From an uncultured Clostridia bacterium (GTDB lineage Bacteria > Bacillota > Clostridia > TANB77 > CAG-508), in assembly GCA_947628415.1 (NCBI GenBank), contig CANQZU010000003.1:1-43949 (forward strand): 43,949 nucleotides of DNA, read 5' to 3'. The notes under the pieces are model-generated. The model saw only the letters and a program-made list of their open reading frames with translations, was not told the origin of the DNA and ran no database searches. Below are positions 31,144 through 40,480 of this stretch, piece after piece (positions within the stretch are counted from its first letter, which is position 1; each line of letters opens with the position of its first letter). A program made the translations under genes and the position numbers.

Positions 31144-31794
31144 TTAATCTTTACTTTCTATTACAATTAAAATTCCTTTTTTTAATTGAATTCTAGCTGT
31201 TTTTTCTATCATTTCATTACTAATTCCCAAACTAATTCCAATTGGTAAAGTATAATTGGTTAATGGATATTGAAATCCTGTTAAAGTTAATCCTTCTACA
31301 GTACTAGTTAGAGGAATCAATGAAATATATTTTCCAAAAGTTTTATTTTGATAAAGAGTTTTTTCTTTTTCAACTAAATAAATTTTATTATAATCATCTA
31401 AAATTTGGCAAGGAATCTTAGCTTCCAAAGCTTCTTTTAAAATATGAATATTAGATAAAGCATGATCCATTCTTTTTCCAAGAGCTCCTAAAATCGTAAT
31501 ACTAGAACTTTTTAAACTAATTGCAAGATGTAAAGCAATATCTGTATCTGTATTATCTTTGTGAGATAAATAAGATTTAAAAATAATTTTTGGTTTCTTT
31601 TGATAAAATTCCAATACTTCTTTAGAAATAGAATCAAAATCTCCTACTACATAATTAGGTATTTTATTTAATTGATACAAAGCTTCTAGTCCTTTATCAA
31701 CAGCAATGATATTTCCTTTAAACCCATCATTCAAAAAATATTCTTTTAAATTTTTTAAATTGATTTCTCCACCTGAAACAATTAAAGTTTCCAT
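31144..31794 (-). CDS. thiN: Thiamine diphosphokinase
   Basis: AVDKG, GDFDS, KD.TD, GALG.R.DH and ISNE motifs. Confidence 0.93.
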   Translation of the reverse strand: METLIVSGGEINLKNLKEYFLNDGFKGNIIAVDKGLEALYQLNKIPNYVVGDFDSISKEVLEFYQKKPKIIFKSYLSHKDNTDTDIALHLAISLKSSSITILGALGKRMDHALSNIHILKEALEAKIPCQILDDYNKIYLVEKEKTLYQNKTFGKYISLIPLTSTVEGLTLTGFQYPLTNYTLPIGISLGISNEMIEKTARIQLKKGILIVIESKD

Positions 31795-31796
31795 TT

Positions 31797-32894
31797 TTAT
31801 TCTTCTCCTTGATTTGTATTACAGCTTTTTTTCCCTTTGGTAGGGATTAAAAAGAAAGCACCTACGATGATTGGTAAATAAAATGTATATATTCTCCAAA
31901 ACAAAATAGACATGTTTATTGTTCCATGTTTAAAAATAGAACTAAATAATAGGTAAAATCCTCCTTCTGCTCCAAGTCCTGAACCAGGTGTAGGTATAAA
32001 TGTCATAATTAGTAATAAAAATGCTTGTATAGGTACAATTTGCAAGAATGTAATTCCACTATTTCCAAATGCTTTGTATACCATATAAGTAATAGAATAA
32101 TAGGCAAAACTTTGCACAACTGCTGTTATAAACATTTTGAAAACCATTTCCTTTTCAGATTTCATAAACAAAAATTGTTCTCGAAAATGATCAATACTGT
32201 TGTCTAATTTTTCTATCATTCCTTCTGGATTTTTAAAAAGATGTATTTTTCCCATAAATCGAATTATTGGAGAGGTAAAAAAAGTAATCATTTTTTTCTT
32301 AATTCCTGCTAATATAACTAATATAATTGCCAAAATATTAACACTAAAACCTATAATAACAATCCAAATATATTCTTGCATTAAGTCTACAAAAAACTGA
32401 AATTCAAGTAAAACTACTATTAAAGTACTTACTATTAATGCAGTTTGTGTCGTAATAAATTTTATAGCCATAGCAGATAAAGAATCGCTAACTCTTTTCC
32501 CTGTTTTTGTAAGTTCATATGCTTGCATTGGCTGTCCACCAGAAGAAAATGGAGTAATATTATTAAACAGCTGTCCAATCATAGCTACTTTAAATGAATT
32601 GGAAAAAGACTGATTTAAATACATTTTCTTTAATGGTAAATGTAATGTAACAGCTTCGCAAATCCAATAAATTATAAGGCATAATATTCCTAAAAAAACC
32701 CATCTATAATCCACGTTGTTTAATACTTCTATGATATTATCTATTCCATCTACACTAATCATATAGATGAATAGACCAATAAATATTAATACAATTAAAG
32801 CAAAATTAAATATTGTCATTTTTTTATTAATAGGTTTTTCTTCTTGATTGTTTTCTTCTATTTGAACTTGTTTCTCGTCAAAATTGTCTGGCAT
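31797..32894 (-). CDS. Lysylphosphatidylglycerol-synthase TM (flippase-like) membrane protein
   Basis: FNNITPFSSGGQP, P.PG..GAEGGF and WR..TFY motifs. Confidence 0.85.
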   Translation of the reverse strand: MPDNFDEKQVQIEENNQEEKPINKKMTIFNFALIVLIFIGLFIYMISVDGIDNIIEVLNNVDYRWVFLGILCLIIYWICEAVTLHLPLKKMYLNQSFSNSFKVAMIGQLFNNITPFSSGGQPMQAYELTKTGKRVSDSLSAMAIKFITTQTALIVSTLIVVLLEFQFFVDLMQEYIWIVIIGFSVNILAIILVILAGIKKKMITFFTSPIIRFMGKIHLFKNPEGMIEKLDNSIDHFREQFLFMKSEKEMVFKMFITAVVQSFAYYSITYMVYKAFGNSGITFLQIVPIQAFLLLIMTFIPTPGSGLGAEGGFYLLFSSIFKHGTINMSILFWRIYTFYLPIIVGAFFLIPTKGKKSCNTNQGEE

Positions 32895-32931
32895 ATTTTT
32901 CTTTCCTTTCACAAGCTAAATTATTTTTATA

Positions 32932-32971
32932 TAAAAAAGCACTCTTTGTTCATTTTTAGAGTACTTTTTTT
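32932..32971 (-). terminator. Terminator after the ferredoxin gene
   Basis: AAAAAAGCACTCT/AGAGTACTTTTTT hairpin. Confidence 0.6.
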
Positions 32972-32987
32972 AGTCTTATATTTCTTT

Positions 32988-33158
32988 TTATTCTTCTTCT
33001 GGTGCCTCAACTGGGCAAACTCCTGCGCAAGTACCACAACTAATGCAAGCTGATTGATCGATTACAAATCTTTCTTCACCTTGTGAAATACATCCAACTG
33101 GACATTCACTTGCACAAGCTCCACAAGAAATACATTTGTCTGTAATTTTATATGCCAT
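32988..33158 (-). CDS. Clostridial 2[4Fe-4S] ferredoxin (56 aa; absent from the ORF track)
   Basis: Translated by hand: MAYKITDKCISCGACASECPVGCISQGEERFVIDQSACISCGTCAGVCPVEAPEEE; AGGAGGTGA RBS. Confidence 0.96.
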   Translation of the reverse strand: MAYKITDKCISCGACASECPVGCISQGEERFVIDQSACISCGTCAGVCPVEAPEEE

Positions 33159-33191
33159 CTTTTTCACCTCCTAAATGCTACTTTTTTGCTT

Positions 33192-34106
33192 CTATTTTAT
33201 ATCTGCTCTATCTTGTTTTTCTAATTCTTCTAATTCTTCTAATTCTTTTTTATGTTCTAATTCTTCTTTATCTATTTTTTGTGCTACTGAATCCTTTAAT
33301 ATTTTTACATCTTTTATATCATATTTTTTATAAAAATATCCATCTGCCTCATTGTCTTTTATTTTAACTCGAATTTTTTCTTTTAATGTTTCAATAGAGT
33401 CTACTTCTCCTTCTCCATCTTCTGTCTTTACAATAGCACCAATATGAGGAAGTTTTTTTAATTTTTCTTCATACACATCATTTTCATATTTTAAACAACA
33501 CATTAATCTTCCACAATTTCCTGATATTTTTGATGGATTTAACGACATATTTTGTTCCTTTGCCATCTTAATAGATACACTTTCAAAATCACTTAAGAAT
33601 GTACAACAACAAAGCTCTCTTCCACAAACTCCATTTCCACCAATTCTTTTTACTTCATCTCTTACTCCTATTTGTCTTAATTCTATACGTGTTTTATAAA
33701 TAGCAGCTAAATCTTTTACTAATTCTCTAAAGTCAATCCTACCATCTGCTGTAAAATAAAATAAAATTTTGCTATTATCAAATTTATATTCGACATCTGT
33801 TAAAGTCATGTCTAATTTATGCTCTTTTATTTTTTGCTGACAAATATTAAATGCTTCTTTTTCTTTTTTTCTACATTCTTCAAAATGTTTATGGTCTTTG
33901 TAATTTGCTATTCTAACTACTTTTTTCAAAGGTGATACAATTTTATCATCTTCTACCCAACGGTTTGGAATCATGACTTCTCCATATTCTTCTCCTTGTG
34001 CTGTTTCTACAATTACTTTATCACCTTTTCTTATTTTTAATCCTCTTGGATTAAAAAAATATATTTTTCCTAATTTTTTAAATCTAACTCCTATAATATT
34101 TTTCAA
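33192..34106 (-). CDS. ricT: PSP1-domain stage 0 sporulation protein (YaaT/RicT)
   Basis: FTADGRIDFRELVKDLA, CGRELCC and CGRLMCCLKYE motifs; TTG start after GGGAGG. Confidence 0.9.
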   Translation of the reverse strand: MKNIIGVRFKKLGKIYFFNPRGLKIRKGDKVIVETAQGEEYGEVMIPNRWVEDDKIVSPLKKVVRIANYKDHKHFEECRKKEKEAFNICQQKIKEHKLDMTLTDVEYKFDNSKILFYFTADGRIDFRELVKDLAAIYKTRIELRQIGVRDEVKRIGGNGVCGRELCCCTFLSDFESVSIKMAKEQNMSLNPSKISGNCGRLMCCLKYENDVYEEKLKKLPHIGAIVKTEDGEGEVDSIETLKEKIRVKIKDNEADGYFYKKYDIKDVKILKDSVAQKIDKEELEHKKELEELEELEKQDRADIK

Positions 34107-34966
34107 ACTACTTCCTCCCACATGTTGATAATTAGATTATCTATACACATATCATAATTTACATTTTGTTTCAACATTTTTTTTGTATTTTCCACAATCT
34201 GAATGCAGTTTGTGTATAAATAGTTCTCTTTTGCTCTTTTTAGTAATAATAGATTGATATACTCTAATATTTCAAAAATTTCTTCCTTTGCTTGGTATAA
34301 TGGTTCTGATATCTTTAAAATATCAATTAAATCTTTTTTATTTAAACTATTTACCATATTTTCTAACAATTCATACATCGGTTGTTTATCTTTTAAAGAT
34401 AGTGCTTTACCAATACTTCCTTGAAACATTTCTAATTGATGATTTGTTAGATTTGTTATTCCCTGTTTTTCTAAATATTGCCTCATTTCTTGTTCCTGAA
34501 TTGGTTGGAAATGAAATATCATACATCTAGATTTAATGGTTGGCAAAAAAGCACTTTCTTGACTACCAATTAAAATAATAGTTACAAATTCTGGCGGTTC
34601 TTCAAGTGTTTTTAAAAAACAATTTTGTGCTTCAAAAGTCATAGAATCTGCTTCATTAATCAAATATACTTTTTTAGTCGATTGAATTGGTTTTTCTGGT
34701 ATCTTTTTTTGTAACTCACGAATTTGTTCGATTTTAATACCATTACCATCTGGTTCGATAAATATAAAATCAGGATGGTTAATTTCTTCTATTTGTTTTT
34801 CAATTTGATTAATTCCTAACAATGCTTTTGCAAATTCTACTGCCATTAACTTTTTTCCTATGCCTTGCATTCCAACAAATAAATAACTATGAGATGTTTT
34901 TTTATCTAAAATGGACTTTTCCAATATTTTTTTTATGGAATAATTGCCTACAATAGAATCAAACAT
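34103..34966 (-). CDS. holB: DNA polymerase III delta-prime subunit
   Basis: HSYLF.G..GIGK, HPD, LKTLEEPP and TIKSRC motifs; holB-yaaT synteny. Confidence 0.9.
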   Translation of the reverse strand: MFDSIVGNYSIKKILEKSILDKKTSHSYLFVGMQGIGKKLMAVEFAKALLGINQIEKQIEEINHPDFIFIEPDGNGIKIEQIRELQKKIPEKPIQSTKKVYLINEADSMTFEAQNCFLKTLEEPPEFVTIILIGSQESAFLPTIKSRCMIFHFQPIQEQEMRQYLEKQGITNLTNHQLEMFQGSIGKALSLKDKQPMYELLENMVNSLNKKDLIDILKISEPLYQAKEEIFEILEYINLLLLKRAKENYLYTNCIQIVENTKKMLKQNVNYDMCIDNLIINMWEEVV

Positions 34967-35598
34967 TATTTAACTTCTCCCCATTTATTTAATGGCCAAA
35001 TACGAATGGCTACTGTACTTTCAATTTTTTCTAATGGAATACATCCAAAAGCTCGGCAATCTGTACTATGATTTCGATTATCCCCCATTGCAAAAACGCA
35101 ATTATCTGGTACAACAAAATCATCAAATCCTGCTTCATTTACATCTGTAACAATTCCAGATTGTAAGTAAGGTTCTTCTAAAACATTGTCATCAATATAA
35201 ACTTTTCCATCTTTAATTTCTACATGTTCTCCTGGCAAAGCAATTACTCTTTTAATGTAGCTTCTTTTTCCAATCTCTAAAAAGTTATTAATAAACCATT
35301 GAAAAGCATTCTTTTGATTATATTTAGCCACTGGATTATTTAAATCTATTTCTGAAACAGAATAATTAATTTTAGATGGTTCCTCAAAAGTTATAATTTC
35401 TCCTCTTTGTGGTAATTTTTTAGTTGTTCTTCCCCATCGATTTAACCATAGTCTCTCGTCTTGTATTAAAGTAGGATTCATAGATACTTGTTTTACAATC
35501 GTTGGTGTTCCTATGAAATAACGAAATAACATAGCAAGTACCAAAGCAATTACAATACAATAAATCCACTCTAATATTTCTTTTGTCTTTTCACTCAA
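34966..35598 (-). CDS. lepB: Signal peptidase I
   Basis: SM.PTL, YIKRVIALPG and MGDNRNHSTDCR motifs. Confidence 0.95.
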   Translation of the reverse strand: MSEKTKEILEWIYCIVIALVLAMLFRYFIGTPTIVKQVSMNPTLIQDERLWLNRWGRTTKKLPQRGEIITFEEPSKINYSVSEIDLNNPVAKYNQKNAFQWFINNFLEIGKRSYIKRVIALPGEHVEIKDGKVYIDDNVLEEPYLQSGIVTDVNEAGFDDFVVPDNCVFAMGDNRNHSTDCRAFGCIPLEKIESTVAIRIWPLNKWGEVK

Positions 35599-35707
35599 AA
35601 TTTCATCTCTCCTCTATCATTATGTATTAGTTACTTTTTATTTTTTACTTTACTATTATACATTAATTTTTCCAACTTATCAATGAAATCATTGATATAT
35701 TTTTTAT

Positions 35708-37136
35708 TTATTGTTTTGTTGGAATTCTAATTACAACTTCTGTCCCTTGTCCAACTACACTTTTTATATCAATGCTTCCACCATTTTTATCTAAAATTTC
35801 TTTTGCTATAGAAAGTCCGAAGTCCCGTACCTCCCATTTCTCTAGTTCTAGCTTTATCTACTCGATAAAATCTTTCAAAAATTCGATTTAAGTCTTCTTC
35901 TGGGATGCCAATTCCATTATCAAAAACTTTAATATAAGCATCATTATATACAAAACCAACGTAAATTTTAATTTCTCCTCCGTCTTTAGTATATTTAATA
36001 CTATTTGTTAAAATATTTAATACAACTCTTTCAATATCATCTTTATCAGCATATACAGGAGGAACATCTGCTGTTACAAAACAATTTACTGTATGATTTT
36101 TCTTTTTAATTTCAATTGCTAATTTATCTTGGCATTTTTTTACTAAATCGCCTAAATCAAAAGCCTCTTTTTGTATTACCTTATTATTATTGTCATATCG
36201 TGATAAAGTCAATAAATCTGTTACTAATCTAGCCATTCTTCTTGCTTCTGTTGCAATAACATTTAAGAATTTTGTCTGCATTTCTTTGTCATATTCTCCT
36301 TCTAACAAAGTATCTGCATAACCCATAATAGAAGTAATCGGTGTTTTTAACTCGTGTGATACGTCTGCCACAAACTCTTTTTGCATATTATCTAATCTAA
36401 CATGTTCTGTAATGTCTTGTATAACAGCTATTACGCCATCTGGTCGATCTGATTCATTCTTAAATGGTGCAAAAAACACTTTCATATAAGAATCTTCTAC
36501 CTGAATTCTCTGTTCTGTTGATGTCCAGTTTTCCAAATAAATAATTTTTTCCATATTAATATTTAATTTGAATTTTTTGAAAATATCTTCAAAAGTATTG
36601 TCTTCTGGTCCAATACTTAAGGATTTTTTAGCAGCTGGATTGATTAAAATAATCTCACCTTGTCGATTAAAAGCTATAATACCATCTGTCATATGAAGTA
36701 AAATAGTTTCAATCTGATTTTTTTGAGTAGAAACTTCACTTAATTTTTGTTTCCATTCTGTTGTCATTAACTCTAATACATTTTCAAAATCTTTTGTTTC
36801 ATTTTTTCTTTTTCCTTTTACAGTTTTAGTAACATTTCCTTCTTCTTCTGCTATTTTTTCAGCACTTTTTATCAATTTATTAATAGGATAAATTAAAAAT
36901 TTAGATAAATAGATAGCAAGAATTATTTCTATTAAAGAAAAAACAATAGCAACTGTACCTAATAGAAAAATAGTTTTATTTTGAATTTCTTGTAAATTTA
37001 CTACTTGTCCCATTTCTAGCTGTGTATTTAAATTATTTAGTGAACTTAAGAAAAAAATTCCAAGTACACCAATTATCATAATTCCTATTAAAAAAAATAG
37101 TAATATAATTTTGTTAAATTGTATATTTTTAAACAT
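35708..37136 (-). CDS. walK: WalK/YycG-like PAS sensor histidine kinase, 475 aa after a +1 shift at CGG in the G2 box (extra base at 35819)
   Basis: L.HMTDGIIA PAS, SHELKTP, RFYRVDKAR.REMGGTGL-[C]-GLSIAKEI...GG.I.I.S.VGQGT; 1429 nt = 476 codons + 1. Confidence 0.8.
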
Positions 37137-37146
37137 TTTATTCCCT

Positions 37147-38264
37147 CTATTTTAGTAGTTTTTTAAGTTCCTGATAAATTTTATCTTCCACTTGTTTGGT
37201 CGATACTTTATAGGCTTTTTCTCCCATCTGTTTTTGTTTCGATGGATTTAAAATAATTTCATCTATTGCTTGTTTTAAATTTTCTCCCGTTAATTCATCA
37301 TTTAATATAATTTTAGCCGCTCCTACATTTTCTAATACTCTTGCATTATAAAATTGATGATTATGGCTAACATTAGGAAGAGGAATTAATATAGATGGTT
37401 TTCCTAAATTTGAAATTTCCGTTACAGTCATTGCTCCACTTCTTCCTACTATAACATCTGCCACATTCATAACTTCTTCCATATTATAAATATAAGGCAA
37501 AATTTTAGTTTGTTCTATATTATTAATAGAAATATTTTTACTTTCCAGAATTTCTTTTACCAAATCAAACTGTTTAGGTCCTGTTGCCCAGATAATTTGG
37601 TAATTTTTATTTTCTTTATTTTGAATAATCTGTATTAAAGCCTCATTAATTTTTTTAGCTCCTTGACTTCCTCCTATTATCAAAACAATTGGTTTTAACC
37701 CATTTAATCCTATTTTTTGGATAATACTATTCTTTTCATTGATTCCATATTCTCGTTTTTTAATTTTTACTGGAGTCCCAGTGCATACAACTCTTTTTGC
37801 TTTTTTTATTCTCCCTAAAGTTTCTTCAAAAGATACCATTATGGTATCTGTACTTTTAGCTAACATTTTAACAGCTCTTCCTGGGAAGCTATTACTTTCA
37901 TGTAATACAGTTGGAATTTTTAATCGATGTGCTGCTAAAATAGTAGCACCACATATATAACCACCTGTTCCAATTACAATATCTGGTTGAAATTCTTGTA
38001 TGATTTTTCTGGCTTCTCTATATCCCTTTAAAGTCTTCCACATTTTTTGAATATTTTCGATTGAAAGCTTTTTATTTAATCCATAGGCTTCGATTGTTTC
38101 TAATTTATATCCGACTTCTTGGAACTAAATCATTTTCTAACCCTCTTGTTGTCCCAATAAAAACAATTTCTGAATCTTTTTCTTCTTGTTTTATTTTATT
38201 AGCAATGGCAATAGCTGGATTAATATGTCCGAGCCGTTCCTGCTGCTGCAATAATAACCTTCAT
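37147..38264 (-). CDS. murG: Lipid II GlcNAc transferase MurG, 371 aa after two +1 shifts at CGG (extra bases at 38231 and 38113)
   Basis: MKVIIAAAGTA-[C]-GHINPA...DLVPRS-[C]-GYKL joins the 298-aa ORF (GTGGY, HESN, GGSQGA, RSGA, HQ..NA); 1118 nt = 372 codons + 2. Confidence 0.93.
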
Positions 38265-38304
38265 AAATAGCTCCCTTCTTTATATATGACGGATTAAATT
38301 CGTT

Positions 38305-39443
38305 TTATGATTTTGCACTTGCTCTAGATATATTGAGTAATACACCCATTCCACACAGTAATAAGAAAAGTGCCGTTCCTCCGATAACTAAAAAATGGTA
38401 ATGGCATTCCTGTTGCTGGCATAGAAGATGTTACAACAGCTACATTAATAATAACTTGTATTCCTACTAAAGATGTAATTCCGAATAGCTAATAAACTTC
38501 CAAACATATCAGGCGCCTTCATAGCAATTAAAATTCCCCTCCAGATAAAAATGGCAAATAAAATCAGTACAGCACTACAACCAATAAAGCCAAGTTCTTC
38601 TCCTAAAATAGAAAAAATAAAATCATTATGTGGTTCTGGTATGTATAAAAATTTTTGTTTACTCTCACCGAAGTCCTACTCCAAATAATCCACCGAGATC
38701 CGAATAGCATATAAACTTTGAATAACTTGCCAGCCATCTCCCATTTTATCTTTCCATGGATCTAAAAAAGTAATAACTCTTTGTAAACGATAATCTGAAA
38801 ATAAAATTAATGCTGTTATAATTGGAATACCTATCGTTCCACCTGTCACTAAAAAATGCCAAAATTTGCAACCAGCCATAATCATCATAATACTGCATAT
38901 TCCTATTATAACAATAGATGCACTTAAATGTGGTTCTATTATAAGTAATCCTATAATCGGTGCTAATATGCACATGTGCTTTATAAAACCTTTACCATAA
39001 AAATTTAGTTCATCTCGATTTTTCGTTAAAATTCCCGCATAAAAAACAATCATTAATAGTTTTACAATTTCAGATGGTTGAAAAGATAATGTTTCTGTTA
39101 CATAAATCCATCGTTTTGCTCCATTTACTGTTTTTCCTGCTATTAATACTAAAGCAAGTAAAATAAGTGATATCCACCAAGCATGTTTATAAAATTTCTG
39201 ATAAAAACGATAATCAATTTTAGATATAAATAGCATAGCAATAATTCCTAAAATTGCAAATAATAATTGCTTCGAAAAATAAGAATAACTATCTCCACTT
39301 TCTGCCAAAGCAGATGGTGAACTAGCTGATAAAACCATAATTAATCCGATTGAAAGTAATAATAAAATTGTAATTAATAAAGTAAAATCAATTGGATTAT
39401 TTAAAAAACTTGAAAAACTTTTTTCTTTTTTCTTTTTTGGCAT
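38305..39443 (-). CDS. ftsW: SEDS peptidoglycan polymerase FtsW/SpoVE, 377 aa after five +1 shifts at CGG (38702, 38695, 38670, 38483, 38383)
   Basis: GAKRWI and FQPSE motifs; restored QSLYAIGSGGLFGVGLGESKQK..YIPEPHNDFIF...EELG...PFFSYGG; 1139 nt = 378 codons + 5. Confidence 0.92.
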
Positions 39444-39468
39444 TGAAATATCTTTCCTTCCTATTCAT

Positions 39469-40450
39469 TTATATAATTTTTAATCCAATAATACACAAAG
39501 ATAAGGTAACTAAACTAAACACAATTACCACTTTACTCTCTTTCCATCCTTGTAATTCAAAGTGATGGTGTAATGGTGCCATTTTAAAGAATCTTTTCCC
39601 AGTCTTTTTAAAATAAGCTACTTGTATTATAACTGAAATTGTTTCTAATACAGGGATTAAAGCAATCACAATTAATAAAAGTGGCATCTTTAAATATAAA
39701 CAGATAGCAGAAATAACACCTCCGTAAAAGAAGGGAACCTGTATCTCCCATAAATACCTTAGCAGGATGTAAATTAAACATTAAAAATCCAAGAACTGTT
39801 CCTATAATAATACTTCCAAATATAGATATTTCTTGCATACCTGCAATCATTCCAATAATAGTTAAACAAGTAATAATAATCGCAGATATACTAGAAGAAA
39901 GTCCATCAATCCCGTCAGTTAAATTAATAGCATTGGTAGTTCCTAAAATAACTATAATAGCAAAAGGAATATACAAATAAACTGGCATTGTAATATATGT
40001 TTTAAAAATAGGAATATAAGTTTCTGTTCCTATATGTAATCCTTCTATCAAATAAATTACATATATAACTGAAACTAATAATAAGCCTAACATCTTATAA
40101 CTAGGTTTTAAACCTTTTGTATTCTTTAAAACTAACTTTTTAAAGTCATCTACAAATCCAATAATTCCAAAGCCAATCGTTAAAATTAACATTGGTATTA
40201 ATCGATTAGCTGTTTCATGTTGCCCTTGCCATTTTAAAAAAATATAAGCTCCTGTTACCACTAAAACCATGGTAATAATCATAATAATGCCACCCATTGT
40301 TGGCGTTCCTTGCTTTTTTAAATGAGATTGTGGTCCATCATCTCTTTCTATTTGCCCTACTTTTAGTTTTCTTAACATAGGGATAACAATCCATGCTACC
40401 ATAACTGCTGTGATAAACGCTATTACTAGCATACTCGTTTCTACTCTCAT
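39469..40450 (-). CDS. mraY: Phospho-MurNAc-pentapeptide transferase, 326 aa after a +1 shift at CGG (extra base at 39724)
   Basis: [26 protein letters not shown]-[C]-GG and MAPLHHHFE motifs; 982 nt = 327 codons + 1. Confidence 0.95.
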
Positions 40451-40480
40451 TGTACCAAACCTTTCGCCTATTTTTATATT

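Noticed and set aside
38746-38973. Alternative-frame ORF inside ftsW, and antisense ORFs in the track (e.g. 833..1114, 5649..5858, 19705..19932, 21389..21792, 27388..27660, 38061..38270, 42247..42492)
   Set aside because: They overlap well-supported genes, lack RBS or motifs, and look like shadow ORFs.
35708-40450. Calling mraY, ftsW, murG and walK pseudogenes (cell-wall loss)
   Set aside because: All lesions are the same single-base type at Gly codons, with no stops, deletions or motif decay, and murE is intact. Random pseudogenisation would not look like this.
589-40450. Simple CGG reassignment to Trp or Gln
   Set aside because: A triplet reassignment keeps the frame, but homology continues in the +1 frame at each site.
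589-40450. Homopolymer sequencing error or transcriptional slippage as the cause
   Set aside because: The sites are not in homopolymer runs, and the many long A/T runs in these genes are in frame. A motif-specific artifact is disfavoured but cannot be excluded without reads.
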